Source: a virus
Strand: one strand, 5' to 3'
DNA: 64,000 nt
IMG/VR virus record: IMGVR_UViG_3300029319_000005
Location: 32,001-96,000 of that record
Positions 34,338 to 45,200 of this stretch are shown here, piece after piece (within the stretch, counting starts at the first letter, position 1; the number at the start of each line of letters is the position of its first letter). Below the pieces are notes generated by a model that worked only from the letters and a program-made list of their open reading frames with translations, was not told where the DNA came from and did no database searches. The translations under genes were made by a program, and so were the position numbers.

Positions 34338-37300
34338 TTAAACAGTGAAAGTATCTTCTGGCATGATTTTAATTCCGCCGCCCATCAAATCGCTGTCGTC
34401 TCCATTTATTGTGCTGTTTATAGTACTCAACATTTCGTCCTGCTTTGAAAAGGCACTTTGAAGTGATTGCACTTGTGCTTGATTAAAGTTTTCATTTGTA
34501 ATTTTAAAATACTCATCATAAATAGGCAGTTGTAACAAATTGATTTTTTTGATATTGAACTCCGGCAATTCATAGCTTCTAATTCTACATAGAGTGTTTT
34601 CAATTGCGTTGGAGGAGACCCTAGTCAAATCTAGCGGTGCCCACAACTCTTTGCTGACATTGGGGGTGCCGGACTCGTCAAGCTCGTATCCAGAAAGATA
34701 CTCAATTATAACTAAATTTTTATACAATAATGCATAAGCGCCAAAGTTTTTAGCACTATTCAGCGCCGTGTCATTGTTGCCTAGATTATTTTTTTTCACT
34801 AAATTAGAATTGACCATGTTAAACATCAAAGATTTAACTTGATTTGGTAACAATCTAGTGGATTTTGCTACCTGATCTTTTGAGCTATCCACAGAAAATC
34901 CTGGCTTTGCTATAGCAGAATCGGAACTGTTAATATCATAATAAGACATACTATCTTCACTATAGTCTAGATCAGAATTTGCAGCAACAGAGAACATAAA
35001 TAAAGATTCTTTTGATTTTTTTATTTTTAACTCATCTTTTTTAATATTTGAAAAAGATTTTTTAGTTTTAGAATCATTAGTAAAAATTTTAAATTCTTTC
35101 TTTTTTTCTAAGCTTGTTGCCGTAACAACAACACTACCATCAGAAAAAAGATCTTTTATATAAGCATCTATTGATTTCTTTTCATCATTGATTTTATTTA
35201 AAGATATTTTGTTTGTTTTATTATATTTTATAATTTTAGATACGACTTCATTGTATTGGTCCAAATTTATTTTTGCGACATTAACATTTAAATTATCAAA
35301 CAATGGCTTGTCATCATAAGAATTAAAAATTATAGATTGTGTTTTCTTCTCCCCTCCGGGTGTTTGTTTTTGTTTTATTTTTACTTGAGACATTTTTATC
35401 AGTGCAGGTGTCAAAAAAGTATATTTAGTTCTTTCTATAGAGTCATTAGGATTTATTGTTTCTCCCGAATCTTGTGGAATTAGCGTGTTTGAGAACGCCC
35501 CATCATCATCGGCTGAGTCTTGGACAAAGTACTTTTCGGTCTCTAAGTTGATTCTTTCTAAAAATTCTTGCTTGCTTAGATTTCTACTCGGACCATAATT
35601 TATTCCTACCTCTGCTGCTTTCCCGGCTACGGTTGATAGTTTTTGTGCAGATGATAAATATTCGTATCCGTAATATGTTGAATCGGCACCTATTATATCT
35701 TTAAAAAAATGAGAAAATTTAATTTCTTTAGTGCTCTTTAAAGACTTGTTGTTGGATTTTTGTGGTGTACCAGTTGAGTTCCCAGGCTTTTTTGATAGAT
35801 AAGAATTAGAATATGATTGTAATTTACTTGTAGTCGTGTCAATAATATTGATTAATTTTTCTATTCCATCGGGATTTCCAGAGATGGGTAAAGAAATATT
35901 TTTAAGAAAACTAACTACATTCTGTATGTCAAGAGACTTGTTGCCAATAGACAAGACAACCATTAGATCCATAATCGAATCTTTAATAATTTTACTATTA
36001 GATTCAGTATTTATAAATTCAGGACTATAACATAATGACGAATAATTATACTCTTTTTCTGCATTTGATTTGAGAGCAAGTAAGTCCTTTACTCTTTTAG
36101 ATAGCTGCTTCAATAGTACTTTTATTTTTGAACTAGTTAGATCTATAATAGTTCCTTCGACTCCATACTGATACTTTGCACCTTCGGCTTGTTCTAGCTC
36201 ATCATGAAAATCAAAAGTTTTTACAAAATTGTTTAGCTTTACATCATTGAACATGGTTGTCACTGTAGAGAACTTATTGTCTGTGTTCCCTGTCCCGAAG
36301 GCTTTATTAGGGTTTTTATATTCTCTAACAACTTCTGTTGGGGATACTACAACAACTTCTCCATCATTTATTTCAACTTTTCTTCTGGTTATCTTTAATG
36401 AGGCCAAAGAAGCAAAGTCTTTAAGATCTAGCATGGAGTCGTCGAAATGATTTGAAAAAGATATGTAACTTTTTAATAAATTATTAGTATTCATAGAAAA
36501 GTAACCAGTCGTAGAATCGTAGTATGTTCTCGAAAAGTAACCTCTAGAGAATATAGATTTTTTAAAAGTGTCTCCAGCAAAATTAATTTTATTATACGAA
36601 ACAGAATTTATTTCATTTAAAAGTCTAAAATCTTTTATTTTTGTATTTGGAATCCCAGTAGCACTCAAATATTGACTATTGCTAGAGTGCGATATGCCAG
36701 TCATCGGTCTATTCATATTTGCGCCCATAAAGTGGACTGCTCCCGACCAAACAACCCCGGATGCCTTTCCGGGTTGGTTCAAAATATACGCCGTAGCAGT
36801 TCTGCTGACTTGTCCTCCGTTGATCACAACTTCTCTTTTTATCAAAGAATTTCGCTTATCAAGTTTTGAAAACAATGTATTTGTAGAAGAAGCTTGATAA
36901 AGTTTACCAGTAATTTTTGGAATAAAGAAATATTCAAGAGTTTCAGGCTCTGCGCTATCAACGATAAACTCAAATTCCATCGGTATCTCGTATAAATTAG
37001 CTCCATTGTCTTTTCTTACAAAAAACTTCTGTAGCTGGGTCATATTAAACTTAAGCCCCATTGCGGCTAGGGACGTTTTAATATTTATAAGATGTTCTTT
37101 TTTATTTTTTTGATTAAATGTTTTTAATTCTTGGGAAGATACAATGGTTTTTTCAGTTAAGACCTCTGGAATTAACTCACTGTCTGTAATTTGCACTACT
37201 TTTAAATATAAATTTTGAGTTGTAGATTTCGTAAACCATTTAGCAAACTTATTTCCTCTATCTTTCAACACTACTTTAATATTTACTTTTGTTTGCTGTC

Positions 37301-37382
37301 CAAGATTAAATAAGCTAATCTCCTTGACGCCAAACTCCGGGAACGGTCCATTTCCTGCCGATGTCATTATAGCCATTAACAA
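34338..37382 (-). CDS. Large hypothetical protein (1014 aa), Lys/Asn/Ser-rich
   Basis: ORF track; located in the baseplate cluster; visibly AT-rich. Confidence 0.65.
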   Translation of the reverse strand: MLMAIMTSAGNGPFPEFGVKEISLFNLGQQTKVNIKVVLKDRGNKFAKWFTKSTTQNLYLKVVQITDSELIPEVLTEKTIVSSQELKTFNQKNKKEHLINIKTSLAAMGLKFNMTQLQKFFVRKDNGANLYEIPMEFEFIVDSAEPETLEYFFIPKITGKLYQASSTNTLFSKLDKRNSLIKREVVINGGQVSRTATAYILNQPGKASGVVWSGAVHFMGANMNRPMTGISHSSNSQYLSATGIPNTKIKDFRLLNEINSVSYNKINFAGDTFKKSIFSRGYFSRTYYDSTTGYFSMNTNNLLKSYISFSNHFDDSMLDLKDFASLASLKITRRKVEINDGEVVVVSPTEVVREYKNPNKAFGTGNTDNKFSTVTTMFNDVKLNNFVKTFDFHDELEQAEGAKYQYGVEGTIIDLTSSKIKVLLKQLSKRVKDLLALKSNAEKEYNYSSLCYSPEFINTESNSKIIKDSIMDLMVVLSIGNKSLDIQNVVSFLKNISLPISGNPDGIEKLINIIDTTTSKLQSYSNSYLSKKPGNSTGTPQKSNNKSLKSTKEIKFSHFFKDIIGADSTYYGYEYLSSAQKLSTVAGKAAEVGINYGPSRNLSKQEFLERINLETEKYFVQDSADDDGAFSNTLIPQDSGETINPNDSIERTKYTFLTPALIKMSQVKIKQKQTPGGEKKTQSIIFNSYDDKPLFDNLNVNVAKINLDQYNEVVSKIIKYNKTNKISLNKINDEKKSIDAYIKDLFSDGSVVVTATSLEKKKEFKIFTNDSKTKKSFSNIKKDELKIKKSKESLFMFSVAANSDLDYSEDSMSYYDINSSDSAIAKPGFSVDSSKDQVAKSTRLLPNQVKSLMFNMVNSNLVKKNNLGNNDTALNSAKNFGAYALLYKNLVIIEYLSGYELDESGTPNVSKELWAPLDLTRVSSNAIENTLCRIRSYELPEFNIKKINLLQLPIYDEYFKITNENFNQAQVQSLQSAFSKQDEMLSTINSTINGDDSDLMGGGIKIMPEDTFTV

Positions 37383-39223
37383 ATACTCCCTGGATCTTCC
37401 GTGTCATTTCCATATATATTTATTCTGTTAGGTGCAGGTGTAGCATCAGGCTTCAAAAGCTTATCGACACGAATATTTTTAAGCCTATCTTTATACTTTG
37501 CAAACAATCGACTGTCTATTTCTTCATCAACAAAAATATTCATAAAATATTCTACGTTATTTTCGCCTACCGGTTTAGAAGATATTTCTTCTTCTTCGGG
37601 CACATATAAGAATCCTGATTCTTTTTCGGCATCGCTTTGAGAAAAATATAGTCTCCTAAGCGTTTTTGACGCTGGGTCCTCGTCCCAATTAACAAGCGAT
37701 GTTAATACACCAGCAGTAAATAATGTTCCTTGTACAGCGTGATCTTTTGTATAGACTTCAGTAAACCCAGTTTGATCTAATATGAACTGGTAATTGCTTG
37801 TAGCACCTATCTGTTTAAATGTGGCTACAATACCGCCCGAAACTGTATATTGCGTCTGGTTAAAGGATTGGATGCTTTTAGCAATTGATTCAGCCAAATC
37901 CGCGTTTGTAGTAACATCGCTAGTGCCTATTATGTTTGCAGTTGAATCAGCCTTCGCTACCGAAGTATCTATAGTGGCGCTGTATAGAACGCCATCGTAT
38001 GTGGTAAATTTAAGGGTTTGTCCATTAGAAAGACTACCAACTCCACTAACTATGAACGTTGCGCTCGCTGGCTTTTCATTATTCTCCATTTCAAAAACTT
38101 CAATATCAAAATTTTCATTTTCGAAATAAGTATTTTTTTCATCTATTATTAAAAGTAAATAATCGTTTTTGATTCTCAACTTAAGACCATCTATCAATTG
38201 TTGCGTCTGTACAATATCTTCTTCAAGTAAATTTATAGTCTTTTTATCATCTAGGATTGCTCTAACATTAATATCTGCTGTAATTTGTGGTATCGACAAG
38301 TCTCCGTATGTGTAATATTTTGTATTGAAAGAGTCTAGCTCTTTGTTGCCTGGTGTAAAAGCAACTAAATTCATCGTTAGCGACCTAGTGTTTATTTCTT
38401 TTTGGTTTAAAGATAAAATATCCCATGCAGGCATTTTTTGATTTTTTAGTTCCATCGATCCTAAAGGCAGACCTTCATAATAAATATCGTGGTCAAAGAC
38501 TCTCCTCGTTCCTCCCATTTCTATTGATTCAAATTGAGTTTCGAATATGGGATAATATTTTTTTTGAGATAGCGGCCATTGGTAATATTTTGTGATTATA
38601 TACTTTGGGTCTTTGACTTCTGGCGGGGTCCCTGTGAGAGCCTTTTTATGGTATTCTTTAAGAGCTTTTTCAACATCAAAATTAGTTTCTACGGTAGTCT
38701 GAGACTCATAGCCGGACAGCGTATATGTCTTTTTAAATAGCCCTAGCCCCTCCTCCTTTTGTTTGGTAACAATATAATTCACTTTTGAAACCCAATCGCC
38801 AAATCCGTTTGGATAAAAAGGCCAATCAGTAAATTTAAATTCCTTCACGGCTGCAATTTTTGTTTCCATACCGATAGATTCAATTTTTTCTTCAAATCCA
38901 ACATGATTTTGAACTGCCGCGCTCATCAAAAAGCTCTCTTCTCCTTCCTCTATCTCTCCTAAATTATAGGCACTGCCATAATTATATTGGGCTTTTCCTC
39001 TAACGGATTCCTTAATTCTAGTAGAGATGCCATTCTGCCTCTCAGCTACGGCCCCAGCAACACTAGTAGGATCTGTCGGTGTTGAGTATTGTGTATCATA
39101 AACGATGTCATCATCAAAAAAAGCGTACTTCTTCGGCTTGAACTTTCCTTTAGACAATAGCAGTTTGCCATATTGAGTTAGTTCAATATCTATAACTTCT
39201 TCTTTTCTATTGAAGAATGTCAT
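37376..39223 (-). CDS. Baseplate structural protein (615 aa)
   Basis: N-terminal VIDIELTQYGKLLLSKGKF...YAFFDDDIVY is similar to 29737..30678. Confidence 0.6.
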   Translation of the reverse strand: MTFFNRKEEVIDIELTQYGKLLLSKGKFKPKKYAFFDDDIVYDTQYSTPTDPTSVAGAVAERQNGISTRIKESVRGKAQYNYGSAYNLGEIEEGEESFLMSAAVQNHVGFEEKIESIGMETKIAAVKEFKFTDWPFYPNGFGDWVSKVNYIVTKQKEEGLGLFKKTYTLSGYESQTTVETNFDVEKALKEYHKKALTGTPPEVKDPKYIITKYYQWPLSQKKYYPIFETQFESIEMGGTRRVFDHDIYYEGLPLGSMELKNQKMPAWDILSLNQKEINTRSLTMNLVAFTPGNKELDSFNTKYYTYGDLSIPQITADINVRAILDDKKTINLLEEDIVQTQQLIDGLKLRIKNDYLLLIIDEKNTYFENENFDIEVFEMENNEKPASATFIVSGVGSLSNGQTLKFTTYDGVLYSATIDTSVAKADSTANIIGTSDVTTNADLAESIAKSIQSFNQTQYTVSGGIVATFKQIGATSNYQFILDQTGFTEVYTKDHAVQGTLFTAGVLTSLVNWDEDPASKTLRRLYFSQSDAEKESGFLYVPEEEEISSKPVGENNVEYFMNIFVDEEIDSRLFAKYKDRLKNIRVDKLLKPDATPAPNRINIYGNDTEDPGSIC

Positions 39224-42200
39224 TCTTTTTTGTCTCCCTCAATCTCAACAGCGGCCTCTATCTGTCCTAGCTCAACCAATGAGAAGAAATCGTATGGCCA
39301 GTTATAACTATGTTTGTAATCTTTTTCTGATGATTTGAACAAGAACTTAAATCTATCGTCGTCTTTAGAATCGGCAGTGATCTTGAAATAATTGTTTTCA
39401 GCCCTTCTCTTTACTTTAAACACCATCCATCTAGTTTCAGGCGGTAGCGGCATACCGCCAAAAAATTCATGCTTATTCATGGCATGTTCAATAGTAACGT
39501 CTTGCTTTTCTGCTGTTATTGAAATTTTAGGCATAACGCCTTGCCAAATGTCCGCCAAATCTCTTTGGTCCAATACATGATTAAATTCAAAGATATACAT
39601 TGCAAATGGGTCTTTATCTAAATCTTTATCTGTAAAGTCTAGCTGCGGCGGTATTACATATTTTTGCATCTTTTCATACATGTCAGTAATACTAGTTTGT
39701 TGAATATTGTCTGCGCCATCTTCTGTGCTGCCTTTTTCTACTGCGATACCTTTAGATATTTTAAGCTCTGTTTGGTACCTATATTCATCTGTGTCTATCT
39801 TAAAGAACGACTTGCCAAGATACTCAACTGTATCTAGACCAGTAAGTTCCGGACTATCTACAAAGGGAATTGCCACGATCGCTTCCGATATTTTTTTGCT
39901 CTCCGCTATTTTTCCGACTCTCTCTTTACTAGTTTGAAAGCCAACCACTTCCAGTAGAGATTCTTGATCGCTGACATTCGAAAGCCCAGTAAATATTCCC
40001 GTTGTATCATCCGGTATTTTACCATAGCCAGCCCAGACGCCAACGCCTTCATCAACGCTGTAAGAGGCGGAAAAATTCAAGGCCGGACATTCCCACTTAG
40101 TTCCAATTGACCAAACATCAAAGGAGGAATCGCTAGGCGTTTCAAAAGTGTTGGGGAGATAGTTGCCATCTGGCCCCAAGCCTGTAGAATAATTTACTTT
40201 TTGAACCCTCGTTGTACCAAAAAGATTCATTGAGGCACTAATTTCCATTTTATTTCTTGTAACATTATCATTATATTGACCAGTGAGTGCGGGATTGGCA
40301 TTTGTATACGATGCAGTCACGCCTGCTATAATCTCTTCTAAAGTATATTTTTTAGTTTCAAAACACTGAAATGTAAGCGTTGCCTGTGATAGTCCATAAA
40401 AATATGGTGGCGTGTGCGGCGCATACGCTGGATCATCGAATCCAGATAATACAGAGTTACTCTCCGAATGATAACTGCTCGACATTGGAGGTCCGTATAG
40501 TGCGCCCCTAGCGCGGCCCCTAATAGCAGACGCATCAGTGTTTTCACTTAGCTTCATGTCGTTTGTTTTATACATGTTGACTTTCATACCGTAGGTAGAT
40601 CCGGACTTCATTGTTTTAAATTGGCTCTCTTGAGCAGAATAAAAATTTGTTAGCTGCTGGTCTTTTAAGAAGAACTTTACTGTTTCTCCTAAAAAGTTAT
40701 GCATGGCTAATTCGAAGTTAGGCTTCTTTTCAAACATCCAGTTGGCATAAGGATAGGAACCTGTTGCACTAGGCTCTCCCAAAAAAATATTAGTTTGTGT
40801 TGCCGAAGAAGTTCCAAACGCTGTGACGTCTTTAATTGTCGGCGGGAGGTGCCTAACAATGTCTACTAGGCCTTCAAACGGGAATCTCATATCATAGTCA
40901 TCACTATAGCCAATAAGCTGTTGTTGGATTGACGATGCTCCATTAGGATATGCGGTGCTACCAGTTTTAGCCTCAGTATAAAACGGAAAGTCGACAGCCA
41001 CTGCCGACTTAATGCTATTAAACAATATTCCTGGTGCCACAAAAAGTCGGTTAATTGAATTTAAACGCTCCGTGTCTGGGTTATTTGAATTTTCATTTGA
41101 TCCACTCAAATAAGGACCAAGGGATTGCGAAAGCAAGGAGGCTAACTGAAGAGTTCTGGTTGAAGGGTAAAATCCATTGTAGGGAAGAAGCTTTTTAACT
41201 CCTCTACAAGTCATTTTAATTCTACTTGGCTTGCCTATTTCTTCATTTATATGGTCTTCTTGAACAACATCAAAATATTTCATAAAATCAGAATTAGAAT
41301 AGATATCAAAGAAATTGTCATTAAAGTCAGCAAATTCGCCATTCGCACTAGAGGTGTGTGCCGCTCCATCTAGACTAAGAAATTTATTGTTTGTTCCAAT
41401 AAAAGAAGAGCTTTGATTGTTTAGATAAAAGTCCATATGATCTGATATTCTAAATTCCGGCAGTACCGCATAATCTTTCGCTATCCTTCTTATATCTTCC
41501 GAATAATCCTCATAGCTGTTAAACCAAGGATTTTTTCCTGCAAGGACATTTGTACGATAGCCCGGTGGTCTGATATAAGCATCAGCATAAACCTTGTGAT
41601 TTATTGCTCTTCTATACATGGCAGCAGAAGCAGAGACGTGATAACCATACATAGGAGCGTTAAATCCGGACGGGAAGATACCGTCATCCACCGAGCCCGT
41701 GGGGTTAACAAATGGATAGTGTACAAGTTCTCCTACTGCTCCGTTTATATCGGACAGGTCTATTGGGAATCCGTTCAGACCGTCTATTTCAGAAACATCA
41801 CCACAGTCTACGGGCCAAACACTAAGTATCCTACTCTGATTATTATATACTGTATATCCTTGGGAATTTAAAGCGGTGCCCGCTGTTCTTTCTCTTTGAA
41901 ATAATGAATCTCGCCAAAAAGTCCTACGATTTATACGATCAAACCCATTCTCTCCTGTTCCAGGAAGTTCCGTATAGTTTTGTCGGCCTCTAATTTTTCC
42001 TAGATAGGCGTTGACGGAGCGTGGGTAAATTGTCTCTTTATATTCTAGAGATAATAATTCAGAGATAGGATTGTCGTCTCCCAAGTCTTTATTAGTATAT
42101 ATCTTGTACAGCTTATCATAAGGCTGTGTTGGCTTATTATTTTCTGCCCCCAATGCGTTGTTTAAGTCAACCGAAGCAAACTTGGATATATTGTTAGCAT

Positions 42201-45200
42201 AACTGTGTTTAATATCAAAATTAGCCTCATTGCCATCGTAATCTTTTGTAGCAACCTTGTGTGTAATTGGTTTAAAACTAGTAATAACAGGCGGCTCTGT
42301 AAAAGAGGTCAGTTGCCGCACATTGGTCGCGCTATTGTGAGATACTTTTTCTTTTCCAGAAGCGCCCGACCACTTATATTTCGATTTAGCGAAGAAGTCA
42401 TTCATTGCTGCAAAGGTGGAGATTCTATTATTTTTTACCATGTTCCTCACCAGCGGATTAGTTGAATTATTGATTTGCTTCCAGCTAACAAATCCATACG
42501 GACCATTTTGATGAAGTAGCAAGGCATTTAAAAGATCTGACGAGTTTAATGAAGCGATAGAAGTATTTAATGACGCCGTGCTCACAGCATTTGTCCCAGT
42601 TAATAATGGTGCGTTTATAAGAGTATTTAATCCAACAAAATCAACAACATGGCTGTCTACCGACGTCTGGCTTGCGCTCAAGAACTTAAACTGTGATATT
42701 TCGCCGCTAGAGCTTGATACGAAGCCTATTGGATTCGCAAATCCATAGGGCGCGCTGTTTATATCAAACATGGATGAAGTAATCCAATTATAGTTTCTAT
42801 CGCTTTGAGGTATTTGATGTGTTACATTATCGTTATCAAATATAGCACCAGAAAGCACCGTTGGATTGACTGGCGGCATATAGCTTGTTTCTATAACAGT
42901 AACATTCTTTCTAGCGTTTCTATTAACTTTATGATAAGACGCTGTAACTAGTGGCGAATATGCATCTCCCGAAACAAAGCTGCCTGTTTGAATTCCATAC
43001 AATAAAGAGTGCAAAGCTCCGCTAACGTTCAAAGCTGTTCTGACAGTCGAATTCCTATAATTTAGCTGGTTATATACCGAGTAAGTTTCAGACGCAGGGT
43101 CTAGATAACCTTTAGTGAGAACCTCTTTTCCGCCAGGCGACGAGAATCTCTCAGCTATAACTGTCTTATTGGAGCCGGTAGCTCTATCCGGCAATGCGAA
43201 ATTTAAATTACCAGTAAGAGTAAACACTTCGGGGTATTGATTGCTTACACCCCCTAGTCCTGTAGATCCGGACTTAAACCACAGGTTATTGATATCTCGA
43301 CCCGTAGTCATAACTAATTCGTAATTTCTTTCAAAATTACCCATAGTCCTAGTTGGTGTTGTAAAGTTTAAGTTACCAGTTATAGCAGAGCCGCTAGTTG
43401 CATAAAATGGCCTATTTGTAATATTGACAGGCCTTTTAACACCAGGCAGCCTTATTCTAGTGCCCCTAGCAAAGTTTGTGTTGATACTGTCGACAGGCAC
43501 AACGGTAATTTGATTTGAAGCAAGAACGATATTGTAGCCTTCTGGCCTATTGTACGCCGTGTTAAAATTCCCAGCTTCGTCTAGTTTATTAGGAGCGACA
43601 TTTCTATATTGGTACCCTCCTACAAATCTTTCTGTAAACGGCCCTTGCAGCGGAGTTTCGAATTCATTATTTGAAAAATCATTACCAAAGTTTATTTGTG
43701 TACTGCTTAAAGACACACCCAGCGAAGCCAGATACCCACCTAAAGAGGCCCCACTATCATATTCATAGCTCGCACTATAAAAAGCAAATGGTAAAACAGA
43801 GTCACTGCCGCTAGCAAGGTAAGCGTCTGGTTCGTTGTCGATATTGACTTCGACTATCTTTCTCTTGGTCAACAACTCTGTGGGAATAATTTCTTCTATA
43901 TAAGTTTTTGTTGAATCCGATACATTAGAATTATTAATAACAAACTGTTTATTCGACGCAAAAGATAAAACCTTTGAAGCTATAGACATTCCTTTTTTAT
44001 TCGTTGGCATTCTAACGCCACCGGCTATTTCTTTTGATTTTATGCTTGTGTTAAAAACAAACGGCTTGTTTTGCAAATCCTGGTTGCCGCTCTGATAAAC
44101 AGTAAATAATTTTTGTCTAACAACATCTAATACAGCGTCACCAGTTTTCGCATACTTTGTTTTATCGACTTTATTCTTCCACCACAAAATATGAAAATCT
44201 TGGTCAGTACTTGGTGGGGAATTAAGCTTGGGTCCAGCCAAGAATGCATTCGGTTTTGCCGAAAAGCCTTCGTACTGTTCAACCAATAGTGGTGGGATGG
44301 CTATATTTCCGTCATTGCTAGTCGTGTCGAGATTAGGCTGCAACTGTCCCGATGATGCCGGTTCAGCAAATTTAGAATCAATTGTTGGAAATTTATTTCT
44401 GTACTTATTTCTTTCAAGAGCGTGGCTTTCAATAACTGTTTTGATCCCTCTGCTAACCCCAGAAGAGGCGGGAACTAGATTAAGAATCATGTCACCAAGT
44501 GCCTTATCTATCCATTTAAAATAATCAATAAACTTTTCTACGTCAGGAGTGTTCCCCAGTCTTTCAAAGAAAATTTGTTTTAAAAATGCTAGCCTTTTAT
44601 AGTTCTGTCTATACCTCTCTTCTGTTCTTCCTATCAAAGCGCCATAGTCTCTAACAGAGGCAAAAAAGTTCATAATTTCTTCGGATAAATTATGATACAT
44701 ATTTTTTTCAATAGAAGTTATAAATTTTATTGGCTTCTGGTCTCTGTAAAGATTATCATCATCAAAAGATAAAATTGATACCATGTCTTCGGAATAAAGC
44801 AACTCAGGCAATTGTTTTTTAGAATCTTCTAGATATTCTACAGAAACAAATGAAGAAGTCGATGCGAGAAAGCCTCTACCAATTCCAGAGTTTGGCAAAT
44901 TTACAACATTCCCAAGCCAACCATATTCTTCTTTAAGATCACTAGACCCAGAGGTTATATCATAAACAGCGAAGCCTCCGGCAGCGTCTGATCCGGTAAC
45001 AAGCTCGAAATTCCAATCAAGAGCAAGAGTTTTTATTTTTGGAATAAAAACATTTGTTGATCCACTATTAGAGGTCGATCCTGTTTGAAAAACAAATGCA
45101 TTATTTGCTGGCTGTCTAGTTCCGTAGTTGCTTGCATCTATTGCATGTGATTTAATCTCCTCATTGCTAAGATGAGACATCCATGCCTTTACTGAAGAAA

